Origin: Paracoccaceae bacterium | GTDB taxonomy: Bacteria; Pseudomonadota; Alphaproteobacteria; Rhodobacterales; Rhodobacteraceae | Reading direction: 5' to 3' | Length of the DNA: 64,000 nucleotides | Assembly (NCBI GenBank): GCA_036479015.1 | Contig: JAZGFB010000007.1 | Span: 12,670-76,669, forward strand | Shown here: positions 20,226 to 30,257 of the stretch, piece by piece | Numbering within the stretch: position 1 is the first letter of the stretch | Layout: each line of letters begins with the position of its first letter | The notes under the pieces: generated by a model | The model's database searches: none | What the model saw: the letters and a program-made list of their open reading frames with translations, nothing else | What the model was told of the DNA's origin: nothing | Made by a program: the position numbers and the translations under genes

Positions 20226-20708
20226 ATGACACCTGACGAGATTTCTATGCTGCCATATCGCCCGAATGTAGGCATTATGCTGGTCAACCAGACCGGGGGT
20301 GTATTTGTGGCGCAGCGGCTTGATAGCCCTGGATCGGCCTGGCAAATGCCCCAGGGTGGCATCGACAGTGGCGAAGAACCACGCGGTGCTGCATTGCGCG
20401 AACTGGAGGAGGAAACCGGCGTCAGCCCCGAACAGGTGGATGTATTGGGGGCTTTGCCGGAATGGCTGTATTATGATTTTCCCGCGGATCTGGTTTCAAA
20501 GGTAGCCAAGGGGCGCTTTAAGGGGCAAAAGCAGCGTTGGTTTCTGATGCGTTTTCTGGGCAGTGACAGCGATATCAATATTGACACTGAGCACCCGGAA
20601 TTTTCCGAATGGAAATGGGTTGAGCACACCCAACTGGTTGCCAATATTGTCCCGTTCAAACGCGACGTGTACCAGCGGGTTATTGATGAATTCAAACCCC
20701 TGTTTTAG
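20226..20708 (+). CDS. rppH: RNA pyrophosphohydrolase (Nudix)
   Basis: Contains the Nudix box [23 protein letters not shown]. 160 aa, with N-terminus [11 protein letters not shown]. Confidence 0.9.
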   Translation: MTPDEISMLPYRPNVGIMLVNQTGGVFVAQRLDSPGSAWQMPQGGIDSGEEPRGAALRELEEETGVSPEQVDVLGALPEWLYYDFPADLVSKVAKGRFKGQKQRWFLMRFLGSDSDINIDTEHPEFSEWKWVEHTQLVANIVPFKRDVYQRVIDEFKPLF

Positions 20709-20725
20709 GTCTAAATCGTAGTGAT

Positions 20726-21295
20726 TTATGGCTGATTTTTCTCAAGGAATTCGTGGCCGAGATAACAATTTGGCAGCCCAAACCCCCAACGCCAGGACAG
20801 CCCTGAACAGGGCGCGCCCGCCAGTCTGACGGCGGTATAGATACCGTTTGCAAGCACAACAAATTCTGCGGCTTTGTCCGGCTGCGTGACCCCGATATCG
20901 GCAACACAATTGCGCAGGGCCTGATCTGCTGAAACCCGCGCGTCAAAGCTTGCAACTGCTGTTTCTGTGCCGCCAGCGTTATAGTAGGATCGATCATGTG
21001 CAACACAACAATGCTCCCAAGGCAGGGAGCCGCCCACTTCCTGTTTAAGGGCCGGAAACTGCACCGATAGTTCGTTCCAGATTGCCGACATTCCGCCGCT
21101 GCAGCCATCGGTGACAAAGACAGCGGATGGGGCCTCGGATCTGGCTTTTACCAGCAATTTATGGCTGGTGATTTCGATCTGGCGTTCCAGCCAATGCTGG
21201 CCCACCTCTGCATTTCGAAACCAAAATGCCGTCGCAGGGATAGCAACGATTACCGTTGCAGCCAGTGCAAAAATGATCTTGGATTTTTTGGCCAT
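20726..21295 (-). CDS. Cys-rich exported protein with secreted-phospholipase-A2-like motifs
   Basis: It has an N-terminal signal/anchor (IIFALAATVIVAIPATAFWF). DGCSGG resembles the sPLA2 Ca-loop xCGxGG. HCCVAHDRSYY matches the sPLA2 active-site pattern CCxxHDxxY. The coding call is solid; the function is tentative. Confidence 0.5.
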   Translation of the reverse strand: MAKKSKIIFALAATVIVAIPATAFWFRNAEVGQHWLERQIEITSHKLLVKARSEAPSAVFVTDGCSGGMSAIWNELSVQFPALKQEVGGSLPWEHCCVAHDRSYYNAGGTETAVASFDARVSADQALRNCVADIGVTQPDKAAEFVVLANGIYTAVRLAGAPCSGLSWRWGFGLPNCYLGHEFLEKNQP

Positions 21296-21332
21296 TGTCA
21301 GTCAGTTTCCACAGGTGTCCCTTTGATACTAT

Positions 21333-22487
21333 CTAAATATCAATATCGGCCCAAATGAGATGATGATCCGATGCGGCATGGTGTTTTTGTGTCATTTCCG
21401 GATAGACATCCCAGCGCTTGGGGCTGGAACCTGGCCAGGCACCTTTTCGAAATATTCCCGCCGTGGTCACGTTTTGAAACAGCGCTGGGGAAAGCAACAA
21501 ATAGTCGATCTTACTGCCGTCATTGCCCAAGCCGTGGGTGCCAATTCCGCGGTGTCCGTTATTGGCATTAAATTCGAAATCCACAAAATTTGTATGCTCT
21601 GAAACATCGCGCAGATCGGTTCCTATAAGCAGCGGTTCAAGTTCATCGCTGTCAGGGGTGTCGTTGAAATCACCGAGCACGATAATATTGGTCACGCCTT
21701 CGTTGATCAGCCGGTTATAATAGTCGGCTGTTGCCGTTGCCTGGGCCAGCCTTTTGGCTTGGCTGGCCGGGTTATTGCCACCGAATTTCGATTTGAAATG
21801 ATTTGGCAAAACAATGATTTTGGTGCCCTGGGGCGTGGTGACTTCATATTCCGGGCAATCCCGGCTGAAAATTGGGAAGCCATCGGGCTTTAGGTCATCA
21901 ACATGGCTGCGCATGACACCAATGGGAAACCCTGTCTTTGTGGCCAGCCCAACGTCAATACCGCGCCCGTCATTGCCATCAATAATCATGATGTGACGGT
22001 AGGGTTTGGGGCGGCCCAACCTGTCAGACATGACCCGTTGAAATTCCAGCAGTACCGGGCGGCTTTCGGCCTCGACCACGGCTAAAATATCGGCGTCAAC
22101 GTCCCAGATAGTTTTTGCGGTAAGTGTCATCGCAATCTCATCCACGGTTTCTGACTTTAGCTCACACCAGCCAACCCAACCATCCCGGCCATCTGCAACT
22201 ATTTCGCGCGGCAGGGCAGCATCGCGTGGGCGCTTAATTAGTTTTCCGCGAATTTTGCGTATGCGGGTAAATGTGCGGCTGGTGCCTTCGTCGCGGTGCA
22301 ACATGCCCAACTGTTCAATCAGCACCAGCATCCGTGATTTGTCAGCGGCGCTATATGTGGCCTTGGCGAACAGGCTGTTAAGTTCGGCAAAGCTATCCAG
22401 AACCTGGCTGTGGGAATCTGCGTCTTCCCCGTTGAATGCTTTGGCACGGTCAAAAAGGTTTTCTACGTTATAAGCTGCTACGCGCAT
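21333..22487 (-). CDS. Endonuclease/exonuclease/phosphatase (EEP) family protein
   Basis: 384 aa with N-terminal MRVAAYNVENLF and C-terminal SDHHLIWADIDI, both typical EEP ends. No signal peptide. It lies 37 nt upstream of the PLA2-like gene, same strand. Confidence 0.75.
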   Translation of the reverse strand: MRVAAYNVENLFDRAKAFNGEDADSHSQVLDSFAELNSLFAKATYSAADKSRMLVLIEQLGMLHRDEGTSRTFTRIRKIRGKLIKRPRDAALPREIVADGRDGWVGWCELKSETVDEIAMTLTAKTIWDVDADILAVVEAESRPVLLEFQRVMSDRLGRPKPYRHIMIIDGNDGRGIDVGLATKTGFPIGVMRSHVDDLKPDGFPIFSRDCPEYEVTTPQGTKIIVLPNHFKSKFGGNNPASQAKRLAQATATADYYNRLINEGVTNIIVLGDFNDTPDSDELEPLLIGTDLRDVSEHTNFVDFEFNANNGHRGIGTHGLGNDGSKIDYLLLSPALFQNVTTAGIFRKGAWPGSSPKRWDVYPEMTQKHHAASDHHLIWADIDI

Positions 22488-22538
22488 TGAAAATCTCCTA
22501 CTTTAAAAATGCAATGCTAGCAGGGTTTCGTGGAATCG

Positions 22539-23672
22539 CTAAACCCCAAGTTTTTGTAGTATTTTCAAGGTTGGATAGCCGTCGGCAATTAGGCCCGCCG
22601 CATGCTGGTATTGCTGCAATGCTTGCTTGGAATTTTCCCCGAACAGTCCATCGGCACCTTTGGTGTTAAAGCCCTTTTCTGTCAGCTTTACCTGCAATTG
22701 GCGCAGCGCCGCACGGTCAAGGGGGGTGTCATCCACCGGCCAGTCTGCCGCAAAACCAACGGCACCGGTAATTTTGGCCGCCAGATGTGACACGGCCATG
22801 CAATAGGGCACGGATCGGTTGTAGCTCAGCAATACGTTGAAATTGGCTGAGGTCAGGAAGGCCGGGCCATTGGCCCCTGCCGGTAGTAGAATTGACATGG
22901 GGCCAGTAAGTGGCTGATCTGTTATGACCCCAAGTTTTTCCCAATCTTGGGGGCTTTTGGCCACGTTTGGGCCTGATAAAGCATAGTTAAACGACGGCGG
23001 GATTTTGACCTTTGACATGCAGGTCAGGTTTGGGTGCCAACCAGCGGTTTGTAGAAATTTTGCCGTGGTAGCCAGGGCGTCGGTTGGGTCATAGGCCCAA
23101 ATGTTGCAGTGCCCGTCACCGTCAAAATCAACGGCATTTTGCAGGAAGCTGGTGGGCATCAGTTGGGTGTGGCCCATGGCACCGGCCCAAGAGCCAAGCA
23201 TTGCATCCACAGTCACAGCGCCAGATTGAACGATTTTCAATGCGGCTATCAATTGGGTTTCAAACAGCTGCTCGCGTCGGCCTTCATATGCCAATGTGGC
23301 AAGGGATTGGACAGTTGAAAGTTCGCCTCGGATTGTCCCGTATGCGGATTCTAACCCCCATATTGCGACGATAATTTCCGCTGGGATGCCGTAGGTTGTT
23401 TCTAAGCTGTTAAGCAGGCCTGCGTTTTCGGACAGTGCGGTTTTTCCGTTTTTGACACGGGTATTGGACACTGCTTTTTCCAGATAGCGCCAAATTGGCA
23501 GGGTGTTTTCGGGCTGCTGCCTATCGGATGACACGATGCTTGGATCAAATGTAACGGTGGAAAACGCCTGATCAAATACTGCCTTTGAAATCCCGCGCCG
23601 CTTGGCGACAGTTTCAAACCGGATTAGCCAGTCTGAGAAATCCTGTTGGTTAGGCTTATTGGCGGCCATCAT
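22539..23672 (-). CDS. Lytic murein transglycosylase (MltB-like) with C-terminal peptidoglycan-binding domain
   Basis: Contains IWGLESAYG and GAMGHTQLMPTSF. The C-terminal PG_binding_1-like repeat reads LQVKLTEKGFNTKGADGLFGENSKQALQQYQ. Confidence 0.85.
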   Translation of the reverse strand: MMAANKPNQQDFSDWLIRFETVAKRRGISKAVFDQAFSTVTFDPSIVSSDRQQPENTLPIWRYLEKAVSNTRVKNGKTALSENAGLLNSLETTYGIPAEIIVAIWGLESAYGTIRGELSTVQSLATLAYEGRREQLFETQLIAALKIVQSGAVTVDAMLGSWAGAMGHTQLMPTSFLQNAVDFDGDGHCNIWAYDPTDALATTAKFLQTAGWHPNLTCMSKVKIPPSFNYALSGPNVAKSPQDWEKLGVITDQPLTGPMSILLPAGANGPAFLTSANFNVLLSYNRSVPYCMAVSHLAAKITGAVGFAADWPVDDTPLDRAALRQLQVKLTEKGFNTKGADGLFGENSKQALQQYQHAAGLIADGYPTLKILQKLGV

Positions 23673-23681
23673 TGTTCAGCT

Positions 23682-25934
23682 TTATTTTCTCTTACGCGAA
23701 ACACTGCGTTTGGATTTTGTTGTCTGGCGCCCTTTGCGCCCGGATTTATGGCGCCCGAAAGGTCTATGGGATTTGCCCTGGGTGGGAATGGCCTTATCTT
23801 CAAGCGTTAAAATTTCCAATATCAGCCCGCCGGTTTCAGGTGCCGCTTGGGTCACTCGCACCGTTACGCGCAGGCCCAACGCGATTTTCATTCCAGTATC
23901 GGACCCCACCAATGTTTGATCACCGGCGTCAAATGTAAAGTATTCCTGCCCCAGGGTGCGCACAGGAACCAAGCCATCGGCACCGGTTTCGTCAAGCTTT
24001 ACAAAGGCACCAAATTTGGCAACGCCGCTGATCCGGCCGGTAAATTCGGCGTCGGTTCTTTCGCTAAGGTAAGCGGCCAAATAGCGATCGGTTGTGTCCC
24101 GCTCTGCAGCCATTGAGCGCCGTTCGGTCGCCGAAATGGCAATGGCTGTTTCGTCCAACCATTCGTTCTGGTCAGCGCCCAGGCCGTCATCACCCCAACC
24201 ATGTGCAGAGATCAGCGCCCTGTGGACGATCAGATCGGCATAGCGCCTAATGGGCGAGGTGAAATGTCCATAGGACGCCAGCGCCAGGCCGAAATGACCA
24301 AGGTTTCTGCGGCTGTAATAGGCTTGGGTCATTGAGCGCAGCGTTGACAGGTTTATCAGGTCGCTAAACTCTGTTCCTGATGCCTGCTGCAACAACCCGT
24401 TAATCTGACGGGTGTGTAAAACCTGCCCCTTGGCCAATACCAGACCGGTTGCCTTGGCAACCTCGTGCAGCATTTCTATCTTTTCGCGCGGGGGCTCTTC
24501 ATGGACCCGGAACAGCAGTTGCTGGCCGCGGCTTGTCAGTTCTTGGGCGGCGGAAACATTGGCAAGTATCATGAACTCTTCGATAAGCTTATGAACATCC
24601 AGGCGCTCTTTAAGCTGCACTGACAATACCGTACCGTCGGCATCCAGCTGAATTTTTCTTTCCGGCAGTTCCAGTTCAAGGGGCCCACGTTTTTGCCGCG
24701 CTTTGGATACGGTTTGAAAGGCGGCAAATAGTGGTGCGATAATGTCGACCATAAGCGGCGCAGCCTTGGCACTTGGCGCACCATCAAAAGCGGCTTGAAC
24801 CTCGGCGTAGTTCAGCGACGCCACGGACCTGAGCAGCCCACGTACAAACCTATGGGATATTTTTTCCCCATCTACGTCAAAGACCATTTGAACCGCAATG
24901 CAGGCCCGATCGACGCCTTCGTGCAGCGAGCAAAGATCGCCTGACAGGTGCTCGGGCAGCATTGGGACGACGCGGTCTGGGAAATAGCTGGAATTGCCAC
25001 GTTTTTGCGCCTCGGTATCCAGGTGTGAGCCGGGTTTAACATAGGCGGATACGTCCGCGATTGCCACCCAGACGACATGGCCGCCCTTGTTCTTAGGGTC
25101 GGTGTCAGCCTTGGCAAAAACAGCGTCATCGCGATCGCGCGCGTCTGCGGGATCTATGGTGATAAACGGCAGGCCGGTTAAATCTTTGCGATCACCCAGC
25201 ACGGGCGGGGTGGCATTTTCGGCCTCTTGCAGCACTGATGCCGGGAAAATATCGGGAATGCCGTGTTGATGAATGGCGATCAGCGAAACCGATTTGGGCG
25301 CGCTGGGGTCGCCCAGACGTTCGGTTATGCGCACCAGTGGCAGACCCGACCGGCCCCGAGATTTGACCAGCTCGGCCTGTACCAGTTCACCGTCTTGCGC
25401 GCCGTTAGTTGCACCATTTTGGACCCGCCAGCCGTCTTTTGCGCGGCGGTCAACCGGCGCCACATGGCCGCCATCCCTTTCGGAGCTGAATATCCCAATC
25501 ACGTTCTCTGAGATTGCCCCGATGCGCCGTATCAGCCGCCCCTCATAGCTATGTTCTTGCCCGGCAACCTTGGCTAACCGCGCCAGTATTCTATCGCCGG
25601 CACCAAGGGCGGTTTTGTCTTTGCTGGTGAGCAGCAACACTTTTGGGGGCTCTGTTTCGCCCTGCCACTCCACAGGGCTGGCAAACAGATCGCCGTCACT
25701 ATCGGGGGCAAGCACTTGCAGGACCGACACAGGTGGCAGGTTTTCGGGGTCAAAATATGTTTTTTGACGCCGCTTCAGGCTGCCGTCTTTTTCCAATTCC
25801 TTGAGGATTCTTTTTAAATCGATCCGGTCAGCGCCTTTGATGCCAAAGGCCTTGGCCACATCGCGCTTTGAGGCCTTTTTGGGATTTTCAGTGATCCAGG
25901 CCAGGATATCTTGTTTTGAGGGTACGTTTTTCAT
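23682..25934 (-). CDS. rnr: Ribonuclease R
   Basis: 750 aa with an RNB catalytic region (ITIDPADARDRDDAV), a C-terminal S1 domain and a basic tail. Confidence 0.95.
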   Translation of the reverse strand: MKNVPSKQDILAWITENPKKASKRDVAKAFGIKGADRIDLKRILKELEKDGSLKRRQKTYFDPENLPPVSVLQVLAPDSDGDLFASPVEWQGETEPPKVLLLTSKDKTALGAGDRILARLAKVAGQEHSYEGRLIRRIGAISENVIGIFSSERDGGHVAPVDRRAKDGWRVQNGATNGAQDGELVQAELVKSRGRSGLPLVRITERLGDPSAPKSVSLIAIHQHGIPDIFPASVLQEAENATPPVLGDRKDLTGLPFITIDPADARDRDDAVFAKADTDPKNKGGHVVWVAIADVSAYVKPGSHLDTEAQKRGNSSYFPDRVVPMLPEHLSGDLCSLHEGVDRACIAVQMVFDVDGEKISHRFVRGLLRSVASLNYAEVQAAFDGAPSAKAAPLMVDIIAPLFAAFQTVSKARQKRGPLELELPERKIQLDADGTVLSVQLKERLDVHKLIEEFMILANVSAAQELTSRGQQLLFRVHEEPPREKIEMLHEVAKATGLVLAKGQVLHTRQINGLLQQASGTEFSDLINLSTLRSMTQAYYSRRNLGHFGLALASYGHFTSPIRRYADLIVHRALISAHGWGDDGLGADQNEWLDETAIAISATERRSMAAERDTTDRYLAAYLSERTDAEFTGRISGVAKFGAFVKLDETGADGLVPVRTLGQEYFTFDAGDQTLVGSDTGMKIALGLRVTVRVTQAAPETGGLILEILTLEDKAIPTQGKSHRPFGRHKSGRKGRQTTKSKRSVSRKRK

Positions 25935-25982
25935 GGGCCCCGCCTATCACAGGCGTTTGCAATCGTCTTGGGAATAATTGCG

Positions 25983-26570
25983 TCACAGGTCGCTTGGGAT
26001 ATCCACATCTGACAGCGTTGAAACCAGTGCGAACCGCCGACCCGCCAGGTTTGCAATGCTGTCGTTTAGCGCATGTTCGCTGGACCACCGAACCCCCTGC
26101 AAAAGCCCAGCCTGATAGGCCTGAACACGCTTGGCTCCGATCAGCCAATACCCGCCATCGGTTGCGGGCCCAAATACAAATTCATCGGACCCCAAAGCCC
26201 TGAAGGCCCTTTCAATGTGGTGTCGCCTGATTGCAGGGATGTCGGAGCCAACTATCAGAACCGGACCCTTGGGCATTGCCCTGAATATCCGTTCCATCCT
26301 GTCGCCGATATCGCCCGCGCCTTGCGGGAACCGCAACAGATCGCGTGGCCAGACAGTGCTGGTTAACCCGGCGTGGTCGGGGGCCACGGCCAGCACAATT
26401 TCCCACCTGGGGTCGCGCAGCCGCTGCAGTGTTGTCAGGGCATTTTGTCGGTACCATCTGGCCGCAACTGTGTGGCCGATTTCCTGGCCCAGCCGGGTTT
26501 TCGCCCGACCTGGGCGCGGTTCTTTGACCATTACAACCAGGCGGCGGCGATATTCAGGCGAAGTAGTCAC
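25983..26570 (-). CDS. DUF2064-family (GT-A-like) protein
   Basis: 195 aa. N-terminal [18 protein letters not shown] and [12 protein letters not shown] resemble the COG3222/DUF2064 family as I remember it. It overlaps the dapE 3' end by 17 nt. Confidence 0.6.
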   Translation of the reverse strand: MTTSPEYRRRLVVMVKEPRPGRAKTRLGQEIGHTVAARWYRQNALTTLQRLRDPRWEIVLAVAPDHAGLTSTVWPRDLLRFPQGAGDIGDRMERIFRAMPKGPVLIVGSDIPAIRRHHIERAFRALGSDEFVFGPATDGGYWLIGAKRVQAYQAGLLQGVRWSSEHALNDSIANLAGRRFALVSTLSDVDIPSDL

Positions 26571-27705
26571 TAATAATCTGGCTGTAAATGTCTTTAAGTT
26601 GATGAATATGGGCGATTTTTACACACTCGTCCACGCCGTGCATGCGCACAGGAACAAGCCCAAATTCAGCAACCGGACAGTGGTTTTTCATAAAGCGCGC
26701 GTCAGATGTGCCCCCAGATGTCGACAGCTGTGGCACCCGATTGGTGTGCGCTTTCACAGCATTGGTTATAAGGTCAGAAAAATCGCCGGGGGGCGTTAGG
26801 AAGCTTTCCCCAGAAATATTTGTGGCTGTTTCAATATTAACCCCAGTCTGTTGGCAGATCAGGTCAATTTCTTTTTGGATCCAGTCCAACAGCCCGGCTG
26901 ATGTCTGGGTGTCATTAAACCTAATGTTGACCGTCGCCTTACACTGGGCAGCAATGACATTTGTCGCAGGGTTTCCTGTGTCAATTGTGGTGACAGCCAA
27001 TGTTGATGGGTCAAAATGCTCTGATCCGTCATCCAGTTTATGTGCCGCAAGCCTGTGCATCAAAATGGCAATGGGCACCACGGGGTTATTGGCTTTGTCC
27101 GGATAGGCCACATGGCCCTGTATCCCTGTCGCGGTAAAATGGACGGTCAAAGACCCGCGGCGGCCAATTTTTACCGCCTCACCCATGTGGTTTGGGCAGG
27201 TGGGTTCACCGACCAGACAGACCGACATGGCTTCGTTTTGTGCGTTCATCCAGTCAAGTAATGCGACGGTTCCATCGGTAGCGGGGCCTTCTTCATCACC
27301 GGTAATTGCCAGCAAAATGGCGCCGTCTGGCGGGGCGTGCGCGACAAAGTCTATTGCCGCTGAGACAAAGGCGGCTACACCTGATTTCATATCAGACGCG
27401 CCGCGCCCAAAAAGCGTGCCATCGCGAATTTCTGCGCCAAAGGGATCAACGCTCCAGGCGGCCCTATCGCCAACCGGCACCACATCTGTATGTCCGTTAA
27501 AGCCGAAGGAACGCGCCGCTCCCTTGGCCCCCCAGCGGGCAAACAGGTTGGAAACCTTGCCCCGGTCAACACGGCTGCATTCAAAACCGGCACGGCTCAA
27601 TATGGGTTGTAATAGTTCCAATGCGCCGCCTTCATCGGGCGTCACTGACGCGCATCGAACCAGGTCGGCGGTCAGTGCGACCGGGTCTGTTGGGGGCAGG
27701 GTCAA
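26554..27705 (-). CDS. dapE: Succinyl-diaminopimelate desuccinylase
   Basis: M20 peptidase motifs are present ([23 protein letters not shown]). 383 aa with a DapE-type N-terminus ([22 protein letters not shown]). Confidence 0.9.
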   Translation of the reverse strand: MTLPPTDPVALTADLVRCASVTPDEGGALELLQPILSRAGFECSRVDRGKVSNLFARWGAKGAARSFGFNGHTDVVPVGDRAAWSVDPFGAEIRDGTLFGRGASDMKSGVAAFVSAAIDFVAHAPPDGAILLAITGDEEGPATDGTVALLDWMNAQNEAMSVCLVGEPTCPNHMGEAVKIGRRGSLTVHFTATGIQGHVAYPDKANNPVVPIAILMHRLAAHKLDDGSEHFDPSTLAVTTIDTGNPATNVIAAQCKATVNIRFNDTQTSAGLLDWIQKEIDLICQQTGVNIETATNISGESFLTPPGDFSDLITNAVKAHTNRVPQLSTSGGTSDARFMKNHCPVAEFGLVPVRMHGVDECVKIAHIHQLKDIYSQIISDYFA

Positions 27706-28064
27706 AACATTCTCACCAGTGCAGTTGAAGAGTTATCGCCACTGTCTACCGTGGCAATTTTTGTGTCTAAAGCGCATCACAGGCCAGCCGTAGAAACAAT
27801 TCCTAAGGCCAGTATGTTAACAGATTCAATACCATACGCCATAGTAGGGCCAATAATAAAAAAACACGACAGCGGCAGGACGGATATCGACAGCATCACA
27901 TTGTGAACCGGGCAGCGCTATTTGCCCTGATTTTCGCTATGCGACACCTGCCAAACAGGAAATGTGGAGCAAGTTTTGAAAATTGGTGCGCGCTATCGAC
28001 GGCCTGATTGTATTTGCCTATTTGGCTCATGGCTGTGCAACACAGCCCCCATGGGGTGCCGCCC

Positions 28065-29135
28065 ATGAGTTGGCTGGCAATCAATGACAGTCCGGGTGCA
28101 GGCGCAGGGCAAGTTTCAGACACTTTAGTAAGCCAGGAAAAGCTGCTTATCAAAGGCTCGCTGATCATCGACGTCGATTTTCGGATGGGCCAAAAGGCAC
28201 CCTGCAAATTGTTAACCCAGTGTGAAAGCGGCACCTGGAACCGCAGTTTCAACCTGTTTTTAAATCCGGATTATTCTTTGTCACTGGAAATCGAGCAGGG
28301 TGATTTGAGAACATATGTAAGGCTTAGTAGTATCAACCTAAGGGACGCCGGTGCGGTGCGTTTGACATATTCTTGGGACGCGCCCCGAAAATATGGCCTT
28401 TTGACTGCCGAAGATCGGGACGATGGGGCGATTTACCAAGCCCAGGTGGATTCCCCGATACCGTACCCCATGGAAGACGCCATAAAATTGATAACGGGTA
28501 CCCAAAATTCCCATTATGATGAAAGACTGGTCGGCTTGGCCCTGTCTGACCATGTGGCACCCATAGGGCCTGCACCAACAATTGCAGCCGGTGCGCAAAT
28601 TTGCACTGACGCTGGCCACTGTCCGATTGAACGACTTAATATCGGCGATATGGTTTTGACCGGTGGCGGTCAGTTTCAACCTGTAAGATCAATTATCAGC
28701 CAACGGTACCCCGCGATCGGTACCACAGCGCCTGTAAAGATCCGGGCCCCGTTCTTTGGATTGGATGATGATCTGATGGTGGCAATGGGCCAGCGCCTGT
28801 TACTGTCAAGCATCGACAACGAATACAACCTGGGCCAAAGCACGATACAAATCGAAGCTGGCGGCCTGATCGGGCACCCTGCCGTGTCGCGTGTTGACAC
28901 ACAGTTGTGCTCGGCCTTTTATCAGGTTCTTGTTGACAGCCACGATTTTATGCAGGCTTCCGGTGCATGGGTGGAAACCCTGTATGTTGGATATCTGAAA
29001 AACTCTCCGGACATACTTGCGACGACGGCGCTGTCTGGGATTCCCATGGAAATTATCCCTTTGCATCGACCACATGCCCATCCAGTGCTAAGGGACTATG
29101 AAAGACAGGCGTTGCTTGAAACGCTAACTGCTTAA
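28065..29135 (+). CDS. Hint (Hedgehog/intein-like) domain-containing protein
   Basis: The C-terminal half matches the Hint_2 pattern: a Cys-led block CTDAGHCPIERLNIGDMVLTGGGQFQPV, then MVAMGQRLLL ... FYQVLVDSHDFMQASGAWVETL. The N-terminal ~190 aa is unrecognised. I take the start at ATG 28065. Confidence 0.7.
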   Translation: MSWLAINDSPGAGAGQVSDTLVSQEKLLIKGSLIIDVDFRMGQKAPCKLLTQCESGTWNRSFNLFLNPDYSLSLEIEQGDLRTYVRLSSINLRDAGAVRLTYSWDAPRKYGLLTAEDRDDGAIYQAQVDSPIPYPMEDAIKLITGTQNSHYDERLVGLALSDHVAPIGPAPTIAAGAQICTDAGHCPIERLNIGDMVLTGGGQFQPVRSIISQRYPAIGTTAPVKIRAPFFGLDDDLMVAMGQRLLLSSIDNEYNLGQSTIQIEAGGLIGHPAVSRVDTQLCSAFYQVLVDSHDFMQASGAWVETLYVGYLKNSPDILATTALSGIPMEIIPLHRPHAHPVLRDYERQALLETLTA

Positions 29136-29186
29136 AAGCCAAATTGCGTCCCTGTCAATTTATAGGGCCTATCACCGGGAACTGAA

Positions 29187-30242
29187 ATGCAACGACTGAT
29201 CAAACTGTTTCTTATTATGTTCGGCTTATCCGGTGCGGTTCAAGCGCAGGATCTGACAGTTGTTACTGTTACCCGACCACCTTTTTCAATGCCTGACCAG
29301 GGCGCGGAAACCGGGTTTAGTCTGGATTTATGGCGCGCCGTGGCCAAGGATTTGAAGCGCGATTATGTGGTTAATCGGGTCGAAAATTTCAGCGATATGT
29401 TGGGCATGGTGCAAGGTGGCGATGCAGATATTGCTGTTGCAAATATTTCCATCACCGCAAGCCGCGAAGCCATTATTGATTTTTCCCAACCTATTTTTGA
29501 AAGCGGGTTGCAAATAATGGTGCCCAGTAAAGGCGCCAGCAACACATCGATATTCAGCATTCTTTTTTCGCCCGGATTGTTTGCCATGTTGGGTTTGTCC
29601 ATGGCTGTGCTGTTTGGGGCCGGAATGTTAATGTGGCGACTGGAAAATAAAACAAATTCCTATTTTGACACCTCAGCGAAAGAAGCCGCTTTCCCGGCAT
29701 TTTGGTGGGCGCTTAATCTGGTGGTTAACGGCGGCTTTGAAGAACGTAAGCCAACAACCTTTGCAGGCAGAATTTTCGGCGTTTTCTTAGTCATCTCATC
29801 GCTTTTTGTTGTGTCGATATTTGTGGCCAAAGTAACGGCAACCCTTACGGTTGGGGCGATCCAAAGCAATATTGTGTCAATCAACAGCCTTTATGGCAAA
29901 CAGGTCGGCACCATCAATGGATCCACCGCGAGCCTTTTCATGGATGCCCGCGACTTAAGGTATTTAGGGTACCCTAACCTGCAATCAATGCTGACCGACT
30001 TTGAAAGCGGGAATCTAGACGCTGTTGTTTTTGACGCCCCTATTTTGGCCTTCTACGCCTCTGACCCAGCCAAGAAAGCGAAAATGGCCGGGCCGTTATT
30101 TCGCCGGGAAAATTACGGCTTTGCCCTGCCGTCAGGTAGCGATTTTATCGAGCCAATCAACCAAAGCCTGCTGCGAATACGCGAGGATGGAACCTACGAA
30201 AAACTGTTCCGTAAATGGTTTGGAAGCACTGAAAGCCTGTAA
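29187..30242 (+). CDS. GluR0-type ligand-gated ion channel (periplasmic binding domain split by a 2-TM pore module)
   Basis: Layout is signal peptide, PBP lobe 1, TM helix, re-entrant segment FWWALNLVVNGGFEE, TM helix ending SIFVAKVTATLTV (iGluR SYTANLAAF-like), then PBP lobe 2. 351 aa. Confidence 0.7.
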   Translation: MQRLIKLFLIMFGLSGAVQAQDLTVVTVTRPPFSMPDQGAETGFSLDLWRAVAKDLKRDYVVNRVENFSDMLGMVQGGDADIAVANISITASREAIIDFSQPIFESGLQIMVPSKGASNTSIFSILFSPGLFAMLGLSMAVLFGAGMLMWRLENKTNSYFDTSAKEAAFPAFWWALNLVVNGGFEERKPTTFAGRIFGVFLVISSLFVVSIFVAKVTATLTVGAIQSNIVSINSLYGKQVGTINGSTASLFMDARDLRYLGYPNLQSMLTDFESGNLDAVVFDAPILAFYASDPAKKAKMAGPLFRRENYGFALPSGSDFIEPINQSLLRIREDGTYEKLFRKWFGSTESL

Positions 30243-30257
30243 ACGTCCAAGAACGCA

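Noticed and set aside
27896-28252. 118-aa minus-strand ORF in the region upstream of and overlapping the Hint-domain gene.
   Set aside because: It overlaps the Hint gene start, has no RBS or motif, and half of it lies in AT-rich non-coding DNA.
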